NCBI GenBank assembly: GCA_963664225.1
Contig: OY760937.1
Coordinates: 4,128,001 to 4,192,000, forward strand
DNA: 64,000 bases
Direction: 5' to 3'
From: Verrucomicrobiia bacterium
GTDB taxonomy: Bacteria > Verrucomicrobiota > Verrucomicrobiia > Limisphaerales > UBA1319
The position numbers and the translations under genes were made by a program. Below, piece by piece: positions 48,789 through 59,349 of the stretch; within the stretch, counting starts at the first letter, position 1, and the number at the start of each line of letters is the position of its first letter. The notes under the pieces are model-generated. The model was given only the letters and a program-made list of their open reading frames with translations. It was not told where the DNA came from and did no database searches.

Positions 48789-49709
48789 TTGGCGGGCGCG
48801 AGTTCGAAAAATAACGTTGCGGCGCCGTTGGCGTGGATCAGGCGAACTTGCGAGTCACGCATCAGTAATTCAAAGCCATATTTGAAAGCCAAAGGTTTAA
48901 CCTCATCGGAAAAAGCCCCGATCCCTCTGGGTCAACCTGATGCGCTGCGTCTTGAGACAGGCGATGGAGTGCGAACGATTGAGATGTCGGGCGTCCTGGT
49001 TTCGCGCATGATTCATGAACTGACCAATCACCTGACCGTGGTGGCGGGCAATCTGCAGGTGGTGGAAATGGCGCCTGAGGATCCAGACCTTGTCCGCAAG
49101 GCGCTGGAATCGGTGCGTCTGGCGAGTGTGGGCATGACGGAGGTCGTGGAACGTTACGCCGGTTTTCGCCGACAGCTTCGGAACGACTCCCTGGGATGCG
49201 ATCCGTCTGATTTTGCAAATCTGGTCATGAAAGGACCGCCGCCAGAGCCTTTTCAGGCGACGGGGCAAAACGCCGGGAGCGAATGGTGGGCGGACTGGAA
49301 GGTAACGGCTCCAACCCCCATGCAAGGATGGCTGCCCATTGAAGCGCGGTGGATTAACCATGCGATCTGGCGTGTGGCCGCTCTGAGCGGATCACCCAGC
49401 GGCGAAATCCGGTTTTTCCCGCCCGGCAGCAACCCGGACTTGCAGGGGGTAAGCACTTTAACAACCGGAAACCGGTTGGGGAATTTCCTGCACATCTCTA
49501 TTTCCTGGAAGGGAGATAAGTCGTCTTTGGACCGCCAGGAATTGCATAAGCCCAGCACCCTTGCCCTGGCGGTGGTCATCGGGCTGGTGAGATGGGTCGA
49601 TGGCCAGGTCGGCGTGGTGTTCCTGCCGCCCGACGAAAATCGATTCTGGATATTTCTGCCCATGGAACGTCGCAAGGATCCCACGACTGATGGAAGAAAG
49701 ACGGCGTAG
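48789..49709 (+). CDS. Histidine-kinase-like protein with H-box but degenerate ATPase domain (start uncertain)
   Basis: MIHELTNHLTVVAGNLQ H-box; no N/G1/G2 boxes visible. Confidence 0.6.
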   Translation: MAGASSKNNVAAPLAWIRRTCESRISNSKPYLKAKGLTSSEKAPIPLGQPDALRLETGDGVRTIEMSGVLVSRMIHELTNHLTVVAGNLQVVEMAPEDPDLVRKALESVRLASVGMTEVVERYAGFRRQLRNDSLGCDPSDFANLVMKGPPPEPFQATGQNAGSEWWADWKVTAPTPMQGWLPIEARWINHAIWRVAALSGSPSGEIRFFPPGSNPDLQGVSTLTTGNRLGNFLHISISWKGDKSSLDRQELHKPSTLALAVVIGLVRWVDGQVGVVFLPPDENRFWIFLPMERRKDPTTDGRKTA

Positions 49710-49981
49710 GGGCTGATCAGGCAGGCATTGCAGAGACAACAAAGGCGGTTTCGATGATTTGCGGGTCCATTGTTGTGCACGGTCCCGTTAGTCTTGAAGC
49801 GGTATGAGACTTTTAATGGCTGCCAATCCGGAGCGTTAATTTCCACTTCAATCATGGTTTCACGTTCCATGAGGCGTCGCTTTCCCAGAGATCGATCCAC
49901 TCTGAGCCAATGGAGTCCGTCGCATATTTTCGACGCCAATACTTGCCGTCCGGCCATGCGACGTGTCAACATGGGTCTGAA

Positions 49982-51154
49982 GTGCGGGAAACATTGCGAG
50001 CATGGAATGAAGCATTGGAAACGTTTGTTCTGGCGGTCATTTTCGACCAGCGCCGGGGCAAACGGGCGGCGCTTGTGCGTGTGCTTCTGCTGGTCCTCTC
50101 GAATGTCTTCGCGGTGGCGGTCAAGGCGCGCCGATTCCTTTACAACATGCGAATTTTGAGGGATTCCACGCTGGGCGTGCAGGTCATCGCCATTGGCAAC
50201 CTCACGGTGGGCGGGACGGGTAAGACACCTGTGGTGGAAAAATTCGCGCGAGAATTGCAGGACCAGGGCCGCACTGTGGCCATTTTATCCCGTGGCTATC
50301 GCTCCAAGCCGCCGCCCTTTACGAAACGTCTGATCAATAAACTGTTGTTGCGGGAGGACATCACACCGCCGCGCATTGTGTCGGACGGTAAATCGCTTTT
50401 GCTGGATTCCGAAACCGCCGGGGATGAGCCCTACATGCTGGCCTCGAACCTGAAGGACGTGGTGGTGCTGGTGGACAAGGACCGCGTCAAGAGCGGACGT
50501 TATGCCATCGAAAAATACGGATGCGACACCCTTCTGCTCGACGATGGTTTCCAGTATTGGAAGCTGCGCGGGCGTCGTCGGGATATTGTTCTGATCGATT
50601 GCCAGCAGCCTTTCGGCAACGAGTTCCTGCTTCCTCGCGGCACACTGCGGGAGCCGCCTTCCCACCTGGCCCGGGCGAGCACCATTTTCATCACCAAGAG
50701 CACTGGGGACACCACGGAGTTGCGCAAGCGCATCGAGGCCTTGAATTCCACAGCCAAGATCATCGAGTGCATCCATCACCCGCTCTATTTTGAGGACCTG
50801 TTCACTGGCCAGCGCCATGGCATGGAATTTCTCAAAGGCCGCAGGGTCGCCTCTCTGAGCGGCATTGCGCAGCCGGAAAGTTTTGAGGAAAGCCTCATTA
50901 AATTCGGGGCCGAGCTGGTGTATTCGAAACGGTTTGCCGATCACCATCGTTTCAGTCAGCAGGAGGTGTTGAATGTGATCAACCGCAGTAAAAAGCGCCA
51001 GGCTGAAGTCATCATCACCACCCAGAAGGATGCGGTGCGTTTTCCGAAGATCGACCGCCGGGACCTGCCCATTTATTTCATGCGTGTGGAAATCAAGATC
51101 ATCAGCGGCGCGAGCAATTTCCAGGATTGCGTGCGCCAAATCTGCTTTCGATAG
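49982..51154 (+). CDS. lpxK: Tetraacyldisaccharide 4'-kinase
   Basis: [43 protein letters not shown]. Confidence 0.96.
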   Translation: MRETLRAWNEALETFVLAVIFDQRRGKRAALVRVLLLVLSNVFAVAVKARRFLYNMRILRDSTLGVQVIAIGNLTVGGTGKTPVVEKFARELQDQGRTVAILSRGYRSKPPPFTKRLINKLLLREDITPPRIVSDGKSLLLDSETAGDEPYMLASNLKDVVVLVDKDRVKSGRYAIEKYGCDTLLLDDGFQYWKLRGRRRDIVLIDCQQPFGNEFLLPRGTLREPPSHLARASTIFITKSTGDTTELRKRIEALNSTAKIIECIHHPLYFEDLFTGQRHGMEFLKGRRVASLSGIAQPESFEESLIKFGAELVYSKRFADHHRFSQQEVLNVINRSKKRQAEVIITTQKDAVRFPKIDRRDLPIYFMRVEIKIISGASNFQDCVRQICFR

Positions 51155-51156
51155 AC

Positions 51157-52086
51157 ATGTCATACCTCGTTTATTTATTGGTGCGCGCGCTGCTGTGGCT
51201 TTTGCGATTGCTGCCTTTGCGGGCCATCGCACGCGTGGGGCGGGCGGGTGGCGCGCTGGCCTATGCGTTGGATCGCAGGCATCGGCGCGTGGCGGTGGAT
51301 AACCTGACGCAATGCTTTGGGGATTCGAAAACGCAGGAGGAAATCAAGGCGCTGGCGCGCGAAAACTTCAAGCGCATCGGCGAGAATTTTGCCGCAGCCG
51401 TGAAAACCTCCTCGATGAACGAGGCGGCCATTCGTGAATGCGTGGAACTGGTGGGCGCGGAGCACGTTTTGCCTGCCGCGAATGAAGGGCAGGCCAAAGG
51501 CAGGATCATCGCCATCGGCCACTTTGGAAATTTCGAACTCTACGCCCGGTGCAATTATTTTGTTCCCGGTTTGCAGTTTGCCACCACGTATCGCGGGATC
51601 AACCAGCCGTTGTTGAACCGCATTCTGCAGGACCTGCGCAATCAATCCGGCTGCCTCTATTTCGAGCGCCGCAGCGAGGGGGGCGCGTTGAGGCATGCCC
51701 TGCAAAATCAGGGTGTCATGCTCGGCCTGCTGGTGGACCAACACGCCGGAGATCACGGATTGCGCGTGCCGTTTTTTGGCCGGGATTGTTCGACCAGTCC
51801 TGCCCCCGGCATCTATGCCCAGCGCTATCACCTGCCGCTGCATGTTGCCATTTGCTATCGGGTCGGCCTGGGCCGCTGGCGTATTGAAATGGGCGAGGAG
51901 ATACCGACATTCGAGGCGGGCGAGCCGCGTTCGTCCGAAGCTGTGGCCGCAGATATCAACAAGGCCTATGAAGCCGCGATTCGTCGCGATCCGGCCAATT
52001 GGTTTTGGGTGCATCGTCGCTGGAAGGCGACGCACTATCGCGCGAAATCCACCGCGTCGGAAACCGCCCATCCCACGCCGGGTTGA
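51157..52086 (+). CDS. lpxL: Lipid A late acyltransferase (LpxL/HtrB family)
   Basis: GHFGNFE, LLVDQ, VPFFG, PANWFWVHRRWK. Confidence 0.88.
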   Translation: MSYLVYLLVRALLWLLRLLPLRAIARVGRAGGALAYALDRRHRRVAVDNLTQCFGDSKTQEEIKALARENFKRIGENFAAAVKTSSMNEAAIRECVELVGAEHVLPAANEGQAKGRIIAIGHFGNFELYARCNYFVPGLQFATTYRGINQPLLNRILQDLRNQSGCLYFERRSEGGALRHALQNQGVMLGLLVDQHAGDHGLRVPFFGRDCSTSPAPGIYAQRYHLPLHVAICYRVGLGRWRIEMGEEIPTFEAGEPRSSEAVAADINKAYEAAIRRDPANWFWVHRRWKATHYRAKSTASETAHPTPG

Positions 52087-52094
52087 AATGTGTC

Positions 52095-53339
52095 ATGGAG
52101 GCAATTCGCATGGCGCAATCCGATTCACCTTCACAATTCCGCGGATCCGGTAGCCCGGCAGATCAAAGGGCGAACCTCCAGGCTTTTGTTTTGCTAATGC
52201 CCGCCAATGGTCGCGGCGTGCGCCTGGTCGTGCGCGGCGTGAACTGGCTGGGGGACGCCATCATGACCACGCCCGCGTTGCTCCGCCTGCGTGAGTTGCT
52301 GCCCGAGGCGCACACCACCCTCTGCGGTCCCGACAAGCTGGCCGGGTTATGGCTGAACCATCCCGCGATCGATTCCGTGATGTCCATCGCGCATGACGAT
52401 GGCTTGCTGAAAGTAGCCGCAACGTTGCGCGCTGGCGGATTCACGCATGCGTTGATTCTGCCCAATTCGCCGCGCTCGGCATTGGAATCGTGGATGGGTG
52501 ATATTCCCTGCCGCATTGGATATGCCCGGTTTTGGCGCAACGCCTTTCTGACGCACAAGGTTTTCGACCGACAGGGTATTGTGCGCATGCAAAAAAAATC
52601 CCTGGCGCAAATCCAACGGTGCTGCGACGAACCTCTGCGTCAGGCGCCTGCAAGTTCGATTCCGCCCGAGGCGCATCATATTTATCATTATCTGCATCTC
52701 GTTGGTGCGATGGGTGCCAATTCCGCGCCGCTGCCTCCCCGATTGTATGTCACGGAACAGGAGCGTGCCGCCTTGTGCCAGCGGTTTCAGCTCGATCCCG
52801 CGCGCCTCTGGTGCGGGTTGAATCCCGGCGCCGAATACGGTCCCGCCAAGCGGTGGCCCATCGAGCGGTTTGCGAAGGCGGCCATCGAGGTGCAAAAACG
52901 CACCGGTTGCGGCTGGCTGATTTTTGGCGGAAAAGCGGATGTGGAGTCTGGACGTGCTCTGGCGGAAAAAATCCGTGGGCAGGCTGGGTCGAATAGCGCC
53001 AGCCCGGTGGTTTGTCTGGCGGGGGAAACCAATTTGCGTGAACTCTGCGCCGGGTTGGCCGTTTGCCGTGTGCTGCTTACCAACGATACCGGTCCCATGC
53101 ACCTGGCGGCGGCGGTGGGAACGCCCGTGGTTGCGATTTTCGGAAGCACCTCCCCTGAACTGACCGGCCCTGGGCTTCCGGGGTCCGGGCAGCATGTCCT
53201 CTTGCGCTCCAACGCCCCGTGTTCGCCGTGTTACCTGCGGGAGTGTCCGATAGATTTTCGCTGCATGACGGGCATCAGCGCGGAGGATGCGGTTCACGCA
53301 GTCCTCGGCACCTTGTCGGAAAGAAACAACGGCGGATAG
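52095..53339 (+). CDS. waaF: LPS heptosyltransferase II (GT9; start uncertain)
   Basis: NWLGDAIM, NPGAEYGPAKRWP, TNDTGPMHLAAA, IFGST, CSPC. Confidence 0.9.
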   Translation: MEAIRMAQSDSPSQFRGSGSPADQRANLQAFVLLMPANGRGVRLVVRGVNWLGDAIMTTPALLRLRELLPEAHTTLCGPDKLAGLWLNHPAIDSVMSIAHDDGLLKVAATLRAGGFTHALILPNSPRSALESWMGDIPCRIGYARFWRNAFLTHKVFDRQGIVRMQKKSLAQIQRCCDEPLRQAPASSIPPEAHHIYHYLHLVGAMGANSAPLPPRLYVTEQERAALCQRFQLDPARLWCGLNPGAEYGPAKRWPIERFAKAAIEVQKRTGCGWLIFGGKADVESGRALAEKIRGQAGSNSASPVVCLAGETNLRELCAGLAVCRVLLTNDTGPMHLAAAVGTPVVAIFGSTSPELTGPGLPGSGQHVLLRSNAPCSPCYLRECPIDFRCMTGISAEDAVHAVLGTLSERNNGG

Positions 53340-53360
53340 ACCACCGTTGTTTGCAGTAAC

Positions 53361-54608
53361 TTAAAACTCGAACGCCACGTCGCCCAGACGTTGGGCCACT
53401 TCCTTGAGCACGCGCTTTTCTTCCGTCTTGTTCTTTGCGATGAACGTGACGCTGAACCGCAGGAACGCGCCTGCGTCATCCCAGGGCACCGTCGAGATGA
53501 GTTTCTCGGTGATTAGCCATTGGGAGACGGCTTCGGCGCTGTCGAACGCGATCCGCGATCCGTCCTTTTTCACCGCGGCCTTGGGCGCGGGCACGTAGAG
53601 GAAGAACGAACCCTTGGGCTTCTCGGCCTTGAGACCCAGTTTGCGCAGGACCCCGACCAGCGCATCCATGCGGCGCGAGTATTTCGCGGAGATTTTCTCC
53701 GTGATTTCGGGATGTTCGAAGCAATACGCCGCAGAATGTTGCACCGCCAGGAATTGCCCCGAGTCCGTGTTGTCCTTCACGTCTCCATAGGCGCGGACGA
53801 GCAGGGGATTGCCCGCGACAAATCCGCAGCGCCATCCGGTCATGTTGAAGCTCTTGCTCGTGGAATGCAGCTCCACACCCACATCCTTCGCGCCCGGCGT
53901 GGCCAGGAAGCTCAGGGGCTTGCCCTCGAAAACCAGCGCGGCATAGGCGGCATCATGAATCACCACCAGATTGTTCTTTTTCGCAAAGGCGACCACCTTC
54001 GCAAAGAATTCCGGCGTTGCGCTCGCACCCGTGGGGTTGTTTGGGTAATTGATGACGATCACCTTGGCCAGCTTCAGCACGTCGGCGGGCACCGCATCCA
54101 GGTCCGGCAGAAACTTGTTCGCGGCGGTCAACGGCATGTTATGAACCTTGCCCCCGAGATAACGGGCATGCGTGCCGAACACCGGATACCCCGGCGTCGT
54201 CATCATCACATAATCCCCGGGATTGATCAGCGCGGCGGGCAGGATGGACAATGCCGCCTTGCTGCCGATGGAGTGAATGACCTCGGTCTCGGGATCGATG
54301 CCCTCCACGCCGCAGACATTCTTCAAATACCGCGCCGCAGCCTGTTTCAGGACGATGTCACCATTGTCGGCGTAACCGCGATTTTCAGGCTTCTTCGCCT
54401 CCTCGTGCAATTTGGCCACCACCTCGCGAAACGCCATTTCGTCCGGTTCGCCCACACCCATGTCGATCAATTCACGCCCAGGATTGGCCGCCAGAGCGGC
54501 ACGCTTGGCGCGCTTGATCTTTTCAAACTTATAGATGGCGGTGGACTTGCCGTATTGGTTGCCGCCAATTCTCTCCGCAAACAGATTTTGAATGTAACTT
54601 TCTGACAT
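53361..54608 (-). CDS. dapL: LL-diaminopimelate aminotransferase
   Basis: FAERIGG, YKFEKIK, GVGEPD, NYPNNPTG, DAAY, SKSFNMTGWR. Confidence 0.85.
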   Translation of the reverse strand: MSESYIQNLFAERIGGNQYGKSTAIYKFEKIKRAKRAALAANPGRELIDMGVGEPDEMAFREVVAKLHEEAKKPENRGYADNGDIVLKQAAARYLKNVCGVEGIDPETEVIHSIGSKAALSILPAALINPGDYVMMTTPGYPVFGTHARYLGGKVHNMPLTAANKFLPDLDAVPADVLKLAKVIVINYPNNPTGASATPEFFAKVVAFAKKNNLVVIHDAAYAALVFEGKPLSFLATPGAKDVGVELHSTSKSFNMTGWRCGFVAGNPLLVRAYGDVKDNTDSGQFLAVQHSAAYCFEHPEITEKISAKYSRRMDALVGVLRKLGLKAEKPKGSFFLYVPAPKAAVKKDGSRIAFDSAEAVSQWLITEKLISTVPWDDAGAFLRFSVTFIAKNKTEEKRVLKEVAQRLGDVAFEF

Positions 54609-55370
54609 AAAATGTTCCGCGAACCTTAATCCTCGCAGCCTGCAAACACAAGTTTAACTCCTCTGAGGCAACTCGGTGCAGAATCCAGGAAGATGCAAAC
54701 AGAAATATAAAACCACAGTGGCACCAAAACACAGAGGAAGAACAGGTGCGGGAAGGGAGTTTGGAGAGAAGGACGGAGGTCCAGAAGACTTTTGCCCTGC
54801 GCCCGAGTTTAGGAACGAGACAACATTCGCATTGGAGCATCTGACCGCCTGAGCAGGATTGTGAGACGTTCCATGAGCGTGCATGTTGCGCTGCCTCGTT
54901 GGATGAAAGCGCCAGACGTCGAGTTGGACCTTCATTCAGGCCTTTGAACACAACTGGCGAGTATGGCGAGATGTTCCTTATCCCGGGCAGGGGTGAGGAA
55001 CTTGAGGAGGCTTCCACGCGGGAACGTGGTCTTGGGTTAGTGCGAGGCCAGCTTACGATCTCGAATCTCCCCCTCTGCAACCTTCCATTCCACTTGATCG
55101 GAAGCATTTAGGCTGACAGCCTCGTAGATAAACTGAGGGGGAGCCCGTCGGCGACTTTTGTCGATCACCGTTGCATTCACAGAAAGGCATTGCCTCAAAA
55201 TGGCTTCATTTTTACGAGGGATTTGGAGCGTTTATCGGACCCGGCAATGGAAGCGCGGGAAAAATCGGCTTGCGCCGGAATGCTGGAAGACTAGAATGGA
55301 CTCCATTGTTGATGGGGTGGGGCCATAACCGGCCTTCTTCATATTTTTACCACCTGGAATTTATCACAAC

Positions 55371-56315
55371 GTGAAAATTTTTTCCGGCACATCTAATCCG
55401 AATCTGGCGCGTTCCATTTGCGCTTATGTGGGCGTGGAACAAGGCAAGTGCTCTGTGAGCGCTTTCCCGGACGGGGAGACGTTTGTCAAAATCGAAGAGA
55501 ACGTCCGCGGGGATGATGTTTTCATCATCCAATCCACCTGTCCGCCGACGAACCACAATTTGATGGAGTTGTTCATCATCATGGACGCCTTGCGACGGGC
55601 GAGCGCGAAACGGATCACGGCGGTAATGCCTTTCTATGGGTATGCGCGCCAGGACCGCAAGGACCAGCCGCGTGTGCCGATCACCGCCAAGCTGGTGGCC
55701 AATCTTCTGGTGGCGGCGGGCGCGAATCGTGTGCTTACGATGGACCTGCACGCGCAGCAGATTCAGGGCTTTTTCGATATTCCGGTGGATCATCTATATG
55801 CGGCGCCAGTGATGTATGAATATTTGAAGAAACAGTATCCAGACGGGGTGATGGTGGTCAGTCCGGATGTGGGCGGGCTGAAGATGGCGCATGCTTACGC
55901 GCAGACGCTGGGTTCGGACCTGGCCATTGTGGCCAAGCGGCGAAAAAGTGCGACGGAGATTGAGGCGATGACGCTGATTGGCGAGGTGGACGGTAAGAAC
56001 GTGTTGCTGGTGGACGACCTGACGGAAACGGCGGGGACGCTGACGACGGCGGCCAATTTGCTGAAGCAAAAAGGGGCCCGGAGCATCCGGGCTTGCGTAT
56101 CCCACGCCATACTGAATGATCTGGGCGTCGAACGATTGAGAAAATCGGCTATTGACGAACTTATCACGACTGATAGTGTTCCCCACCCTGACATTGAAGG
56201 CGTGAAGATGACGACATTGTCGGTGGCGGGATTGTTGGGCGAAGCGATCAAGCGAATTAATAGTAATTCGTCGGTTAATTCGCTCTTTGAGTTTAAAGGC
56301 GCGCGCACGAGCTAG
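55371..56315 (+). CDS. prs: Ribose-phosphate pyrophosphokinase
   Basis: FPDGE, YARQDRK, DLHAQQIQGFF, VSPDVGG, VDDLTETAGT. Confidence 0.97.
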   Translation: MKIFSGTSNPNLARSICAYVGVEQGKCSVSAFPDGETFVKIEENVRGDDVFIIQSTCPPTNHNLMELFIIMDALRRASAKRITAVMPFYGYARQDRKDQPRVPITAKLVANLLVAAGANRVLTMDLHAQQIQGFFDIPVDHLYAAPVMYEYLKKQYPDGVMVVSPDVGGLKMAHAYAQTLGSDLAIVAKRRKSATEIEAMTLIGEVDGKNVLLVDDLTETAGTLTTAANLLKQKGARSIRACVSHAILNDLGVERLRKSAIDELITTDSVPHPDIEGVKMTTLSVAGLLGEAIKRINSNSSVNSLFEFKGARTS

Positions 56316-56351
56316 ACAGCGGATGGCGCCGCCGAGGCACGAATTGATAAA

Positions 56352-57128
56352 ATGAAATCTGTACCCTTGACTGTTTTTCCGCGGTCGCTGGCGAAGCGAA
56401 CCGGAGTAAAGAAATTACGCGTCACGAATCGTATTCCGGCCGTGGCCTATGGTCGCCAGAACCCGCCGCAACGGTTGGAAGTGCCGATCCTCGACTTTGA
56501 GAAGGCAATCCATGACGCAGTGTCGGAATTCGTGCTGCTCGAATTGACCGTGGACGGGGATCCCCGGCCCAAGCGCCTGGCCATCGTTCAGGAAGTCCAG
56601 CACCACGCCTTGAGCGGCAAGGTGTTGCATGTCGATTTCCATGAAGTGGCCGAGGACGAGAAGGTGACCATCACCGTTCCCGTGGAAACGGTGGGCGAAG
56701 CCATTGGCACCAAGAACGGCGGCATTCTCGAACACGTACTTTTCAAATTGCGCGTGCGCGCATTGCCCAAGGATCTGCCAGACTCCATCAAGGTCGATGT
56801 GACCGCGCTGGAACTGGGCAAATCCATTCATATTGGGGAAATCGTCCCGCCGCCTAACACCGAGATACTTGGCCTCAAGAAGGTGGTCGTCATCTCCGTG
56901 GCGGCTCCGATGACCGAGGCTGAGGAAGCGGCTCAAACGGCAGCGGCTGAAACAGCGCCGACCGAGCCCGAGATGCTCAAGGAGAAGAAGGAAGAGGGCG
57001 AAGAGGGCGCAGCTCCCGAAAAGGGCGGGGAGAAGAAACCGGCCGAAAAGGGCGGCGAGAAGAAGCCGGCCGAAAAGGGTGCCGCCGCCGAAAAGGGTGG
57101 CGAGAAGAAGGCCGAGAAGAAGAAATAA
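56352..57128 (+). CDS. rplY: 50S ribosomal protein L25 (long Ctc form)
   Basis: IPAVAYG, HVDFHEV, GGIL, LPKDLP; repetitive EKGGEKKPA tail. Confidence 0.95.
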   Translation: MKSVPLTVFPRSLAKRTGVKKLRVTNRIPAVAYGRQNPPQRLEVPILDFEKAIHDAVSEFVLLELTVDGDPRPKRLAIVQEVQHHALSGKVLHVDFHEVAEDEKVTITVPVETVGEAIGTKNGGILEHVLFKLRVRALPKDLPDSIKVDVTALELGKSIHIGEIVPPPNTEILGLKKVVVISVAAPMTEAEEAAQTAAAETAPTEPEMLKEKKEEGEEGAAPEKGGEKKPAEKGGEKKPAEKGAAAEKGGEKKAEKKK

Positions 57129-57176
57129 TTTCGGGTGGGGCATGGCGAGCCGTGAAATGTCCCCCCGGCGCGCTTC

Positions 57177-57782
57177 ATGGAGCCGATGCATCTTATTGTG
57201 GGGCTGGGAAATCCCGGCCCCGAGTATGCTCACACCCGCCACAACGCGGGTTTTATGGTGGTGGAGCGGCTTGCCTCGCGCTGGGGGGCCGCCTGGAAAA
57301 ACGAAACACGGTTCAAAGCGCGCCTGGCCCGGACCGTGGTGGACGGGCGCAAGGTAACGCTGTGCGAGCCGCGCACTTTCATGAATTTGAGTGGTGAGGC
57401 GGTTCGGGCGTTGACAGCCTACCATCAAATAGCGCAGGATGGAATTCTTGTGGTGGTGGACGACGCGGATCTGGCTGTGGGCGTGTTACGATTACGCCCG
57501 GGCGGAAGCAGCGGCGGCCATCATGGACTGGATAGTGTGGAGCAACATTTGGGCGGGCGTGAGTACGCCCGGTTGAAGTTGGGTATCGGCAGGAGCGGAA
57601 CCGCAGAGCGGCAAATCCGTAATCATGTGCTCGGGCGGTTTGATGCCGCCGAGAGCGAGCGGTTCGAGAAGGTACTTGAGCGCGCGGCCTGTCAGGCGGA
57701 ATGCTGGTTGCTGAATGGCATTCAGCGGGCCATGAACGAATTTAACGGAACGATAGAAACAGCAGGAACAAAGGAACGTTAA
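57177..57782 (+). CDS. pth: Peptidyl-tRNA hydrolase
   Basis: VGLGNPG, TRHNAGF, TFMNLSG, GGHHGL. Confidence 0.96.
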   Translation: MEPMHLIVGLGNPGPEYAHTRHNAGFMVVERLASRWGAAWKNETRFKARLARTVVDGRKVTLCEPRTFMNLSGEAVRALTAYHQIAQDGILVVVDDADLAVGVLRLRPGGSSGGHHGLDSVEQHLGGREYARLKLGIGRSGTAERQIRNHVLGRFDAAESERFEKVLERAACQAECWLLNGIQRAMNEFNGTIETAGTKER

Positions 57783-58100
57783 GTGAAAAGGTACGAAGGT
57801 TTATTCATCTTGAACACCGCCGGCAAAGAGGAAGGTGTGAAAGAGGTGATCGATAAGATCACTGCGGAGATCGATAAGAACGGTGGCAAGGTGGAGACCG
57901 TCCAAAAGATGGACCGCCGCGCATTTTCCCGCGTCACCAAGAAGAACATGACGTCGGGATTTTACGTCAATTTTATCTTCGAGTGCAAGCCCGAGGGGAT
58001 CGCCTTGCTGCGGTCGCGGTTCGCGCTTTCGGAGGACGTTTACCGGGTGTTGTTCTCGGAAGCATCAGCCACGCCCGCGCCGCAACCCGTGGCCGCGTAA
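57783..58100 (+). CDS. rpsF: 30S ribosomal protein S6
   Basis: MKRYEGLFIL...GFYVNFIF; lies before ssb. Confidence 0.9.
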   Translation: MKRYEGLFILNTAGKEEGVKEVIDKITAEIDKNGGKVETVQKMDRRAFSRVTKKNMTSGFYVNFIFECKPEGIALLRSRFALSEDVYRVLFSEASATPAPQPVAA

Positions 58101-58113
58101 GACGTCAGCAGTT

Positions 58114-58593
58114 ATGGGCAACTTCAACAAAGTCATTCTCCTGGGGAATCTGACCCGAGACCCGGAGTTGCGCTACACACCCAAGGGCACCGCAATTGTC
58201 AAACTGGGCATGGCGATTAATCGCACCTGGAAAGACGAGTCGGGCGCCTCCAAGGAGGAGGTTACCTTTGTGGATGTGGATGCCTTTGGCCGCCAGGCCG
58301 AAGTCATAGCCCAATATTTGAGGAAAGGCCGTCAATTGTTTGTTGAAGGCCGTTTGCGCCTGGACACCTGGGACGATAAGCAGACCGGGCAGAAACGCAC
58401 CAAAATGGGGGTGGTGCTCGAAAACTTCCAATTTGTCGATTCCGGCGGTGCCCGTTCCGGCGAGGAAGGCGGGGCTGCTCCCGCCGCGCGTCCCCGCCCG
58501 TCCGCCGCGTCGGCTTCCGCCGCGCCCAATGCGGCTCCATCCACTCCCGCCCAGGATGGTCCTCCCCTGGAGGAGGACGATGTGCCGTTTTGA
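58114..58593 (+). CDS. ssb: Single-stranded DNA-binding protein
   Basis: NKVILLGNLTRDPELRYT, VEGRL, C-terminal DDVPF. Confidence 0.97.
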   Translation: MGNFNKVILLGNLTRDPELRYTPKGTAIVKLGMAINRTWKDESGASKEEVTFVDVDAFGRQAEVIAQYLRKGRQLFVEGRLRLDTWDDKQTGQKRTKMGVVLENFQFVDSGGARSGEEGGAAPAARPRPSAASASAAPNAAPSTPAQDGPPLEEDDVPF

Positions 58594-58641
58594 GCACATA
58601 GCCCTGTAAGAATTTAAACCTAAAAGCAACCATTTTTAGTT

Positions 58642-59220
58642 ATGCCTAAAGTCGAAGTCGTATTAACGCAAAACGTCGTGGGCCTCGGGTCCGAATCCGA
58701 TCAAGTCAAAGTCGCCGCCGGTTACGCGCGCAATTATTTGCTCCCGTACCGCCTGGCCATTCCTGTGACCGCCGTCAATAAGCGGCGCATGGAAGCGCTC
58801 AAACAGCGCCGCGCGGAGCGTGAGGCCCATGAGTTGAACACCATGATGGAGCTTTCCAAGGCCCTGTCGAAGGTGACTCTCCTGATCAAGGTCAAAACAG
58901 GCGAAGGCGACAAGATTTACGGTTCTGTGACCGCGGGCACCATATCGGACGAGCTCAAGCATCAGATGGATGTCACGCTGGACAAACGCAAAATTCATCT
59001 CGAGAAGACCATTCGTACCCTGGGTCAATACGAGGTTCCCCTGCATCTGCATGCCGACGTTTCCACGACCTTGAAGGTCACCGTCGAGAGCAACGCTCCG
59101 AAGAGCACGCCGGAGGAGATCGCCGCGATTGCCGCCAAGGAAGCCGCCGCCAAGGCCGATGAAAGACCGGCCCGCAGGGAACGGCCCGAGCGCAAGGCTC
59201 AGGCGCCCAAAGCCTCCTAA
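58642..59220 (+). CDS. rplI: 50S ribosomal protein L9
   Basis: VKVAAGYARNYLLP, KIYGSVT, IRTLG. Confidence 0.96.
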   Translation: MPKVEVVLTQNVVGLGSESDQVKVAAGYARNYLLPYRLAIPVTAVNKRRMEALKQRRAEREAHELNTMMELSKALSKVTLLIKVKTGEGDKIYGSVTAGTISDELKHQMDVTLDKRKIHLEKTIRTLGQYEVPLHLHADVSTTLKVTVESNAPKSTPEEIAAIAAKEAAAKADERPARRERPERKAQAPKAS

Positions 59221-59289
59221 GAAGATCGGCCAAAACGGCCGCTCGAGGAATTGCGAGTGCCAGACACCCGCTTTTTCAAGGTTTGATTT

Positions 59290-59326
59290 AATAAAAAAGA
59301 CCGGAGTTTATCCGGTCTTTTTTATT
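59290..59326. terminator. Bidirectional Rho-independent terminator
   Basis: AATAAAAAAGACCGGA-gttta-TCCGGTCTTTTTTATT between converging genes. Confidence 0.9.
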
Positions 59327-59349
59327 GTCTGAATTAAAAGCGGATTCCA

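Noticed and set aside
54609..55370. Lysine riboswitch before dapL or tRNA-Gln before prs
   Set aside because: No conserved riboswitch core or cloverleaf/T-loop motif was found by eye.
57015..57125. Tandem DNA repeat in the rplY 3' end
   Set aside because: Encodes a low-complexity EKGGEKKPA tail, common in long L25 proteins.
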